A stretch of DNA of 64,000 bases, from positions 62,001 through 126,000 of the forward strand of contig NIVC01002752.1 in NCBI GenBank assembly GCA_002269645.1, read 5' to 3'. Made by a program: the position numbers and the translations under genes. Each line of letters begins with the position of its first letter. Position 1 is the stretch's first letter. Below are positions 41,626 to 53,600 of the stretch, one piece after another. The notes under the pieces are model-generated. The model had not been told where the DNA came from. It worked only from the letters and a program-made list of their open reading frames with translations, and searched no databases. Source of the DNA: Macrostomum lignano. Taxonomy: Eukaryota.

Positions 41626-43431
41626 TTATATAAAAGACTTTTTTCGCTTGATTTCAAAACTTTGCCACTGCAGGGTCCTGCAGCTGAGACACCACAGCTC
41701 ATAGCCTGAGGGCGGGATGGGCTCGATTTGGGGCGGAGCAGGCAGGTCCTCCGCCATGTGGAAAATCTTCCTCTTACACAAGCGCTGCCTGTTCGGGGAG
41801 TCCTGTATGGAGTAAAATGGTTGGAGCGGTTGGACGCTTAACACTCAACACCCAAGCTTCACAATCCCCAAGCTTCACAATCCCCAAGCTTCACAATCCC
41901 CAAGCTTCACAATCCCCAAGCTTCACAATCCCCAAGCTTCACAATCTCCAAGCTTCACAATCTCCAAGCTTCACAATCCCCAAGTTTCACAATCCCCAAG
42001 CTTCACAATCCCCAAGCTTCACAATCCCCAAGCTTCACAATCCCCAAGCTTCACAATCCCCAAGCTTCACAATCCCCAAGATTCACAATCCCCAAGCTTC
42101 ACAATCCCCAAGCTTCACAATCCCCAAGCTTCACAATCCCCAAGCTTCACAATCCCCAAGCTTCACAATCCCCAAGCTTCACAATCCCCAAGCTTCACAA
42201 TCCCCAAGCTTCACAATCCCCAAGCTTCACAATCCCCAAGCTTCACAATCCCCAAGCTTCACAATCCCGAAGATTCACAATCCCCAAGCTTCACAATCCC
42301 CAAGCTTCACAATCCCCAAGCTTCACAATCCCGAAGATTCACAATCCCGAAGAGTCACAATCCCCAAGCTTCACAATCTCCAAGCTTCACAATCCCCAAG
42401 CTTCACAATCCCCAAGCTTCACAATCCCGAAGATTCACAATCCCCAAGCTTCACAATCCCCAAGCTTCACATCCCCAAGCTTCACAATTCCCAAGCTTCA
42501 CAATCCCGAAGATTCACAATCCCCAAGCTTTACAATCCCCAAGCTTCACAATCCCCAAGCTTCACAATCCCCAAGCTTCACAATCCCCAAGATTCACAAT
42601 CCCGAAGATTTACAATCCCCAAGCTTCACAATCCCCAAGCTTCACAATCCCGAAGATTCACAATCCCCAAGCTTCACAATCCCCAAGCTTCACATCCCCA
42701 AGCTTCACAATCCCCAAGCTTCACAATCCCCAAGATTCACAATCCCCAAGCTTCACAATCCCCAAGCTTCACAATCCCCAAGCTTCACAATCCCCAAGCT
42801 TCACAATCCCCAAGCTTCACATCCCCAAGCTTCACAATCCCGAAGATTCACAATCCCGAAGATTCACAATCCCCAAGCTTTACAATCCCCAAGCTTCACA
42901 ATCCCCAAGCTTCACAATCCCCAAGCTTCACAATCCCCAAGCTTCACAATCCCCAAGCTTCACAATCCCCAAGCTTCACAATCCCCAAGCTTCACAATCC
43001 CCAAGCTTCACAATCCCCAAGCTTCACAATCCCCAAGCTTCACAATCCCCAAGCTTCACAATCCCCAAGCTTCACAATCCCCAAGCTTCACAATCCCCAA
43101 GCTTCACAATCCCCAAGCTTCACAATCCCCAAGCTTCACAATCCCCAAGCTTCACAATCCCAAGCTTCACAATCCCCAAGCTTCACAATCCCGAAGATTC
43201 ACAATCCCCAAGCTTCACAATCCCCAAGCTTCACAATCCCCAAGCTTCACAATCCACAAGCTTCACAATCCCAAGCCTCACAATCCCAAGCTTCACAATT
43301 CAAAGCCGAATTCAAACCAAACACATGGGCGGGTCAGCCATGCAGTCCAGATTGTCTCTCCAGTACTCCATGACCTGACGCTTCCTCTCAGTCCTTCCCC
43401 TTCCATATTTGTCTGACTTCATCGGCCGCAT
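41626..43431 (-). CDS. candidate two-exon (or more) gene of unknown family, head-to-head with inscuteable
   Basis: Exon 43318-43431 (MRPMKSDKYGRGRTERKRQVMEYWRDNLDCMADPPMCL, acceptor attcag directly before, donor gtttga) joins in phase 0 to an exon starting at 41802 (catacag|DSPNRQRLCKRKIFHMAEDLPAPPQIEPIPPSG...). The intervening intron is filled by the 16-bp satellite. Confidence 0.4.
41845..43300. repeat. 16-bp minisatellite (cacaatccccaagctt), ~90 units
   Basis: Direct inspection; source of the spurious 518-aa ORF. Confidence 0.97.
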
Positions 43432-43719
43432 ACTGAATTAGAGTTGCGAATGGAAGGTGAATGAATTGAAGCGCAAGGCTATTTGGGATCGTGAATAATT
43501 ACTCGCGTCCCGGATTTCGGATTTTGCGGGCTCATTGCCCAGCCTAAGGGGATGGCTCAGCCGCTGCAGCTCTCGCCTAGCATTAGACAGTGAAAGTCAG
43601 TGAGAAGGGAAAAAGAAAATCTTCCTATCTAAGAGAGGCTTTCAGGGAGTGGATATAGGGAGTATTCTCTATGCTATGAGATTTTTTAGGATAAGATTCT
43701 CCGTTCTTACAGGCAAGAT

Positions 43720-44200
43720 TCTCTGGTGTAAGACTCTCAGATTGAATACTATCTAAGGGGTGAGACTCTCAGATTGAAGTCCAAGGGTGAGACTCTCAGA
43801 TTGAAGTCTAAGGGTGAGACTCTCAGATTGAAGTCTAAGGGTGAGACTCTCAGATTGAAGTCTATTAAAGAGTGAAACTCTTAGATTGAAGTCTAAGGGT
43901 GAGACTCTCAGATTGAAGTCTGTCTAAGGGGTGAGACTCTTAGGTTAAAGTTTATCTAAGAATGAGACTCTCAAATTCAAGCCTGTTTCAGGGGTGAGGC
44001 TCTCAGATTGAAGTCTAAGGGTGAAACTCTCAGATTGGAGTCTATTTAAGGGTGAGGCTCTCAAAGTAAACCCCATCTAAGGGTGAGACTCTCAGGTTGG
44101 AGTCTATTTAAGGGTGAGACTCTCAGGTTGGAGTCTATTTAAGGGTGAGGCTCTCAAAGTAAACCCCATCTAAGGGTGAGACTCTCAGATTGAAGCCTCT
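43720..44200. repeat. ~27-bp minisatellite with internal palindrome TGAGACTCTCA
   Basis: Unit taagggtgagactctcagattgaagtc. Confidence 0.9.
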
Positions 44201-44404
44201 ATAAGGGGGGAGATTCGGTGATAAAGTATCCTCTGAGGTGAAGACTATTACGAGTAGTAGGTAAGCAAATCTGGCCATCAGTCTGCAGCTGCAACTCCTG
44301 AGCTCAGTGAAGCAATTAACTGAGTGAGAAAACAGTTGACAAGCAACTCGTATCGGTGTCAATCAGTGTGTTAAAGTTTTTCCAAATTAGCCAGGTGGCA
44401 AAGC

Positions 44405-44530
44405 CCCAGCCCCCACCCCCTGCTGCGAATTGACAGGCCTGAGGCCGCAGCCGGCCATTGGCCAGACTGACTGGCCAATAGAAGCCTGCCTGTCTTATCT
44501 AATAAATAGGCGCAGAGCTGGCAGTGTCTC
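44405..44530 (+). promoter_or_regulatory. putative inscuteable core promoter
   Basis: CACCC box ~44411-44420, ATTGG 44457-44461, CCAAT 44475-44479, GATA site (CTTATCT) 44494-44500, TAAATA ~44503-44508, about 100 nt before the ATG at 44610. Confidence 0.5.
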
Positions 44531-44609
44531 TCGCACTTCAATACAGAAACCGATTGCCTGTTTTCTGTTTCACAGTCTTTTTTACTGATCTTTCTTTAAG
44601 CAGCAACCA

Positions 44610-47600
44610 ATGCAGGAGATGCCGCCGCAGGAGCTGGAAATTCGGCCCTGGAAGATGCACAAGCAGCAGCAGCAGCAATTGCGGAGGAAGCGGCGTCTCT
44701 CCTGTGTTTCCCGATGGTTGACGGAGCTGCGCTGGTACGCTGAGTCCGATTGCTCTAACGTACTTCACGGCAAGGCGCTGCCTTCGGCGACAGCGGCGGC
44801 CGCGGCGGCGGCTGCTGATGCGGACAGGCGGCGGCGAAGGCAGCGGCTGCCGGCCGCGGCCAGAGGTGAGGAGGGTCTGGTCCACCTCATATCTACTCAA
44901 CTCTCCACCTCATATCTACTCAACTGTCCACCTCATATCTACTCAACTGTCCACCTCATATCTACTCAACTGTCCACCTCATATCTACTCAACTCTCCAC
45001 CTCATATCTACTCAACTCTCCACCTCATATCTACTCAACTCTCCACCTCATATCTACTCAACTCTCCACCTCATATCTACTCAACTCTCCACCTCATATC
45101 TACTCAACTGTCCACCTCATATCTACTCAACTATCCACCTTATATCTACTGAAATTCCATCTCATATCTACCATACCATCGATTTCAGCCTCAATCGAGC
45201 TGCTGGACGTCAAGGCTCGAATTGCGCTAACGGAATTCAAGGAGCTTTATGAGTGAGTCGACTTGGCGTTTTTTCGGATGAAAAACCTGATGTACATGTA
45301 CCTGATGAACAACCCTAACTATCATTACCCACTAAAACCTCCAAACCTCGAGCAGCAAGGCGGATCACCTGCCCGCGGCAAATTTAGCGGAAGCTGTACA
45401 GACAGTTTGCGGCTCCGCTGACAGCTTCATCAACGAGACCCTGGCTTTGTTGTTGCCATGCGGTGGAGCCGACATAGACTGTGTGAGTGCCTAATGCGCT
45501 TGCTCACCCACCCGCCTGTAGTCACACACTCAGTTCACACAAGTGTTCAGCATTCACACTCTGCCTTTCTTTGTATTTTAATTAAACTGTTCATCCTTCC
45601 TCTCCCTGCCTCCCCATTCACTCTTTTCTCTCACTCTCTGTCTCCCATTCACTCTCTGTCTCCCATTCACTCTCTGTCTCCCATTCACTCTCTGTCTCCC
45701 ATTCACTCTCTGTCTCCCATTCACTCTCTGTCTCCCATTCACTCTCTGTCTCCCATTCACTCTCTGTCTCCCATTCACTCTCTGTCTCCCATTCACTCTC
45801 TGTCTCCCATTCACTCTCTGTCTCCCATTCACTCTCTGTCTCCCATTCACTCTCTGTCTCCCATTCACTCTCTGTCTCCCATTCACTCTCTGTCTCCCAT
45901 TCACTCTCTGTCTCCCATTCACTCTCTGTCTCCCATTCACTCTCTGTCTCCCATTCACTCTCTGTCTCCCATTCACTCTCTGTCTCCCATTCACTCTCTG
46001 TCTCCCATTCACTCTCTGTCTCCCATTCACTCTCTGTCTCCCATTCACTCTCTGTCTCCCATTCACTCTCTGTCTCCCATTCACTCTCTGCCTCCCATTC
46101 ACATTACCATAGCCAGGTTTGCATGTCCACCTTCATCATCAGGCCTGTCTCTCTTTGGAGCAGACTATTTTAATTAGTCCAGCTACATCCCATCCCTTCA
46201 TCGCCAGGTTTTATTCCCGAATCCCCCCAGTCTGCCCCCCCCCCCGATTGTAGCGAAGTGAAAATTACTGTTGGCAAGAAAGAGAAAGAATCTTCCGTTG
46301 AGAGGCAGCTGGGGGTTTAAACAAAAATCTCTTGATGAAGACGAACTGGCCTCGAATATGGATTCGTCAGACTTCTATCTAATTCTATGCAAAATAAATT
46401 CGGTCTGTCTGAGCAGGCACGAGACAGCGCTGCAATATGCTCACTCTTGCCCAATAATTCCTCTTCACTTTTCTGTCTTCTCCCAAAAATAATCTTGGCA
46501 ACGATGGTCCAGTCACGACGTCAGTGCCCCTGTCGCTGAGATGAGGACTGAGAACTGAGATGCGGAATTCGGGAACTCATCAGGCGTGTTGCCTGCATCC
46601 CTCCTCTCTCTCAAACACACACATCCACACTCTCCCAAGCATCTCATCAACTCCATTGGGCTTAATCAAAATATTTTATCTGTCTTTTTCTCTGCCCCTC
46701 ATCCCCTCTCCCCTCATCCCCTCTCCCCTCTCCCCTCATCCCTCTCCCCTCTCCCCTCATCCCCTCTCCCCCTCTCCCCTCATCCCCTCTCCCCTCCCCT
46801 CTCCCCTCTCCCCCTCTCCCCTCATCCCTCATCCCTCATCCCCTCACCCTTCATCCCTCTCTCCCCCTCTCTGCCCTCCCTCTCCCCTCACTCCCTCTCT
46901 CGCCTCTCCCCCTCTCCCCTCATCCCCTCTCCCCTTCCCCCTCTCCCCCTCCCCTCTCCCCTCATCCCTCATCCCTCATCCCCTCACCCTTCATCCCTCT
47001 CTCCCCCTCTCTGCCCTCCCTCTCCCCCTCACTCCCTCTCTCGCCTCTCCTCCTCTCCCGCTTTTAATGTTTCCCCTCTTTATCTCTCCTCCTTCTCCCT
47101 CTCCCCCTCCTCCCTCTGCCCCTCTCCCTCTCCATCTCTCATTCGCCCCTCCCCTCATCTTCTCCTCCCACTTTCCTTCTCATCATCCCTCTCTTCCCAT
47201 CTCTAACTTTCGTTCACGTCGTCGCCCCCTCTCTCACAAGGCCGCCCATCTCTTCTTTTTATTTTCCCTAGCAAATCAGCCCCCCCCCCCTGAAATCCGA
47301 ACATTCCCAATGCCACTAAGCTATTAGTGTTGCTCACTCCAGCCCAGCACATGGTCCCCGTAGAAACTGGGCATCTGCAATCGAAAGTTCAGTTTGGCCA
47401 GCTGTAGGCTTACCCACTAGTGCTCGGGCAACTTCGGGCCACTCAGCTTCACCGAATGGTAAAGTCCCTCACCCTCTCCCATCATTTCCGAGCTCCCCAC
47501 GCGCCAATCCCACTGTTGGGTTCATCCGACGCCCCTGTCTGCACGGCCCTCGCTTGATTCGCATGGACTGCTCCAGCGCTGGGGTCCATTTCCTATTGAC

Positions 47601-50600
47601 TGGAAATAGAGCAGCCCGCCTGCCTGCCACCCACCGGGTCTGAGCACTTGTGCAGAACCTCCTCGAGCTAGCAAAGCTTTACTTAACTTGGTTGCTTTCG
47701 CTCTCTCATTCCACTCTCCGCTCTTCTCCTATCGCCTTCCTTCTCTCCTCTTTCTTCAGTCTCTTCACTGGTTTGTGCAATCTACTAATGGGAGTGTCTC
47801 TGAGAGACCATGTTAGACGCTCATTGTGAACATGTTAGACACATAGCGAGACAATGTTAGATACTCACTGAGATAATGTTAGACACTCACTGAGATAATG
47901 TTAGACACTCACTGAGATAAGGTTAGACACTTGTTAGACAATTTTAGACACTCACTGAGATAAGGTTAGACACTCACTGAGATAAGGTTAGACACTTGTT
48001 AGATAATGTTAGACACTCACCGAGATAATGTTAGACACTCACCGAGATAATGTTAGACACTCACCGAGATAATGTTAGACACTCACTGAGATAATGTCAG
48101 ACACTCACAGAGATAATGTCAGACACTCACAGAGATAATGTCAGACACTCACTGAGAAAATGTTAGACACTCACAGAGATAATGTTAGACACTCACAGAC
48201 ATAATGTTAGACACTCACTGAGAAAATGTTAGACACTCACAGACATAATGTTAGACAGTCACTGAGAAAATGTTAGACACTCACAGACATAATGTTAGAC
48301 AGTCACTGAGATAATGTTAGACACTCACAGAGATAATGTTAGACACTCACAGAGATAATGTTAGACACTCACTGAGATAATGTCAGACACTCACTGAGAT
48401 AATGTCAGACACTCACTGAGATAATGTCAGACACTCACTGAGATAATGTCAGACACTCACTGAGATAATGTCAGACACTCACTGAGATAATGTTAGACAC
48501 TCACTGAGATAATGTTAGACACAAATTTGGAGTCGTTCACAGACAATTTCTTCACAACTCCGCGCTCCCTTTCAGATGAAGACTTTGGTGCATCAGCACT
48601 GCTGCAAGCTGCAACGTCAGGTCTCAAAAAGGTGAGCTCATTGACGATGTCCCTGCTTTTGCCAGGACTTAAGAACGGTCAACTTCCCTACTTAATTTCC
48701 CCTTTGATTTCGGAGAAATTAAGCACCACAGCCTTCCAGCATCCCCATTACTGATCTCCTACCGGATCTCCTTCATCTTCTAAATAGGCTTCTCTGCTCC
48801 TAAGCCGAAGCCTCTCTTTTTTGGCCGGCAGTTTCTCACCGACACCCTCGCCAAGGAGAAAAATTTATCGAGAGCTTTCGGCTTGGGGGGGGGGGGGGCT
48901 CTCGAGAGAGAAGCAAGACAGAGCGGACCGGAGAAGTTGGGCCAGTGTTTCCTTCCGTCTCCCTTTCACGCCTCCCCCCATTTTCTTCCCAGCGAGGTCC
49001 GGCGTAAATCACACAGAAATCCCCCTTGAAAAGCATTATCCCCTTTCTATCCCAAGGCCTAGACCCTCCCTGTCTTTAGTTACTGATTAATGATGGTTGG
49101 TTGGCTGAGACTATTTTGCTGCAGTTCCGTACTCACTCCGATACTTTATAGGGTTGGAATGCATTGTTGTTCTTTTTTTCGTTTCATTGAAAGACTCGTA
49201 ACCTTAAAAATATGATTATATCGTTGTATAGACAGGCTTGTAAGTTTTTATCAGTTCTCAGTTAGACACAGGGGTGTCAACTCTTAGGCACAAGGACAAG
49301 GCTCTATCATGTTAGACACAGGTTGTCCCAAATTTTAGACACTGGCCTCTTACCTGTTGTTAGACATTTGTTCTCACCTGTTAGACCCAGGGCCTTCCCT
49401 GTTTTTAGACATATTATTCTCACCTGTTGGACACAGACGTCTCACCTGTTAGATACAGATACATCACCTGTTAGACAGAGACATATCACCTGTTAGACAC
49501 AGACATATCACCTGTTAGACACAGACATATCACCTGTTAGATACGGAAATATCACCTGTTAGACACAGACATATCACCTGTTAGACACAGACATATCACC
49601 TGTTAGACACAGACATATCACCTGTTAGATACGGAAATATCACCTGTTAGACACAGACATATCACCTGTTAGACACAGACATATCACCTTTTAGACACAG
49701 ACATATCACCTGTTAGACACAGACATATCACCTGTTAGATACGGAAATATCACCTGTTAGACACAGACATATCACCTGTTAGACACAAACATATCACCTG
49801 TTAGACACAGACATATCACCTTTTAGACACAGACATATCACCTGTTAGACACAGACATATCACCTGTTAGATACAGACATATCACCTGTTAGATACGGAA
49901 ATATCACCTGTTAGACACAGACATATCACCTGTTAGACACAGACATATCACCTGTTAGACACAGACATATCACCTGTTAGACACAGACATATCACCTTTT
50001 AGACACAGACATATCACCTGTTAGACACAGACATATCACCTGTTAGATACGGAAATATCACCTGTTAGACACAGACATATCACCTGTTAGATACAGACAT
50101 ATCACCTGTTAGATACAGAAATATCACCTGTTAGACACAGACATATCACCTGTTAGACACAGACATATCACCTGTTAGATACGGAAATATCACCTGTTAG
50201 ATACGGAAATATCACCTGTTAGACACAGACATATCACCTGTTAGATACAGACATATCACCTGTTAGATACGGAAATATCACCTGTTAGACACAGGAATAC
50301 GAGCTATCACCTGTTAGACACAGACATATCACCTGTTAGACACAGACATATCACCTGTTAGACACAGACATATCACCTGTTAGACACAGACATATCACCT
50401 TTTAGACACAGACATATCACCTGTTAGACACAGACATATCACCTGTTAGATACGGAAATATCACCTGTTAGACACAGACATATCACCTGTTAGATACAGA
50501 CATATCACCTGTTAGATACGGAAATATCACCTGTTAGACACAGACATATCACCTGTTAGATACGGAAATATCACCTGTTAGACACAGACATATCACCTGT

Positions 50601-53600
50601 TAGATACAGACATATCACCTGTTAGATACGGAAATATCACCTGTTAGATACGGAAATATCACCTGTTAGACACAGACATATCACCTGTTAGATACAGACA
50701 TATCACCTGTTAGATACGGAAATATCACCTGTTAGACACAGACATATCACCTGTTAGACACAGACATATCACCTGTTAGACACAGACATATCACCTGTTA
50801 GATACGGAAATATCACCTGTTAGACACAGACATATCACCTGTTAGATACAGACATATCACCTGTTAGATACGGAAATATCACCTGTTAGACACAGGAATA
50901 TCACCTGTTAGACACAGACATATCACCTGTTAGACACAGACATATCACCTGTTAGATACGGAAATATCACCTGTTAGACACAGACATATCACCTGTTAGA
51001 CACAGACATATCACCTGTTAGACACAGACATATCACCTGTTAGACACAGACATATCACCTGTTAGATACGGAAATATCACCTGTTAGACACAGACATATC
51101 ACCTGTTAGATACGGAAATATCACCTGTTAGACACAGGAATATCACCTGTTAGACACAGACATATCACCTTTTAGACACAGACATATCACCTGTTAGACA
51201 CAGACATATCACCTGTTAGACACAGACATATCACCTGTTAGATACAGACATATCACCTGTTAGATACGGAAATATCACCTGTTAGACACAGGAATACGAG
51301 CTATCACCTGTTAGACACAGACATATCACCTGTTAGACACAGACATATCACCTTTTAGACACAGACATATCACCTGTTAGACACAGACATATCACCTGTT
51401 AGACACAGACATATCACCTGTTAGATACAGACATATCACCTGTTAGATACGGAAATATCACCTGTTAGACACAGGAATACGAGCTATCACCTGTTAGACA
51501 CAGACATATCACCTTTTAGACACAGACATATCACCTGTTAGACACAGACATATCACCTGTTAGATACGGAAATATCACCTGTTAGACACAGACATATCAC
51601 CTGTTAGACACAGACATATCACCTGTTAGACACAGACATATCACCTTTTAGACACAGACATATCACCTGTTAGACACAGACATATCACCTGTTAGATACA
51701 GACATATCACCTGTTAGACACAGACATATCACCTGTTAGACACAGACATATCACCTGTTAGACACAGACATATCACCTTTTAGACACAGACATATCACCT
51801 GTTAGACACAGACATATCACCTGTTAGACACAGACATATCACCTGTTAGATACGGAAATATCACCTGTTAGACACAGACATATCACCTGTTAGATACAGA
51901 CATATCACCTGTTAGATACGGAAATATCACCTGTTAGACACAGACATATCACCTGTTAGACACAGACATATCACCTGTTAGATACGGAAATATCACCTGT
52001 TAGACACAGGCGTATCAACTGTTAGACACAGACGTCTCATCTGTTAGACACATACATATCACCTGTTAGACACAGACATATCACCTGTTAGATACGGACA
52101 TATCACCTGTTAGACACAGACATATCACCTGTTAGATACAGATACATCACCTGTTAGACACATATATCACCTGTTAGATACAGACATATCACCTGTTAGA
52201 CACAGACGTCTCATCTGTTAGACACGGACCTCTTACCTGTTGTTAGACATTTGTTCTCACCTGTTAGAGGCATAACTCTCACCTGTTTACTGCTTTCTAA
52301 ACCCTGGCGCCAAACTCAGCCGCGGCGCCGCCTGTCTTTCTGGCGCCAAAAACGGCCACCAGTGTCGCGCCGTTCGCACCCGGCTCTCGCAAGCAGCCGA
52401 GGCCCTGGCCGGATTAGCGCGTCAGGCCATCCTGCAGCTGCTGGCCGGACTGTCAGATGGCCTGGCCGAAGGCCAACTGGCGGCGGACGAAAACTGCGGA
52501 CAGCGAAAATTCGGGGAGTTGACAGATCTGCACGCTCTGGCGCGGAAAGGGGAGCGATTCTGCGACCTAATTGCACAGGTGCGACATTGAGACCTTGGCT
52601 ATCTAACATGATCTGTCATGCACCTGTTTTGTGTCTCTAATCTAATCATGCACCTGTTCTGTGTCTCCAATCTAATCATGCACCTGTTCTGTGTCTCTAA
52701 TCTAATCATGCACCTGTTCTGTGTCTCTAATCTAATCATGCACCTGTTCTGTGTCTCTAATCTAATCATGTACCTGTTCTGTGTCTCTAATCTAATCATG
52801 CACCTGTTCTCTGTCTCTAATCTAATCATGCACCTGTTCTGTGTATCTAAATCTAATCATGCACCTGTTCTGTGTCTCTAATCTAATCATGTACCTGTTC
52901 TGTGTCTCTAATCTAATCATGCACCTGTTATGTGTCTCTAATCTAATCATGCACCTGTTCTGTGTCTGTAATCTAATCATGCACATGTTCTCTGTCTCTA
53001 ATCTAATCATGTACCTGTTCTGTGTCTCTAATCTAATCATGCACATGTTCTCTGTCTCTAATCTAATCATGTACCTGTTCTGTGTCTCTAATCTAATCAT
53101 GTACCTGTTCTGTGTCTCTAATCTAATCATGCACCTGTTCTGTGTCTCTAATCTAATCATGCACCTGTTCTGTCTCTAATCTAATCATGCACCTGTTCGA
53201 ATTTTCAGTCCGGCACGCTGGAGGCCTTGCTGAACTTCTGCGGTAGCCTCTCCAATTCAGCGGGTTGGCCGCTGGCCCTCCGCACCGTGTGCATCGTGTG
53301 CTGCACAGAGGAGGCGGTGCGCAGTTTTCATCAGGTATCGAGACTATTCGATCTTTTATGAAAGTTCATTCACGCTTTTTTGTAATTTTAAACCAGAAAT
53401 CGATACTCACTTCTTTAAGTAGCTGTCTTAACCCTCGGTAATTACCTATAAAATGGAGCGCAAAATCTCTAAGAATCGTCTTCCAGTCTCAATGAGAATC
53501 GCCCTCCAGTCTCAATGAGAGTCGCCCTCCAGTCTCAATGAGAATCGCCCTCCAGTCTCAATGAGAGCCGCCCTCCAGTCTCAATGAGAGTTGCCCTCCA

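Noticed and set aside
41817-43373. 518-aa ORF and the other long repetitive ORFs (e.g. 8243-9404, 15945-17350, 27920-28592, 38911-39624, 39948-41042, 45458-46177, 46560-47327)
   Set aside because: They are stop-free readings of tandem repeats or low-complexity tracts, often open in several frames, and lie in introns or spacers.
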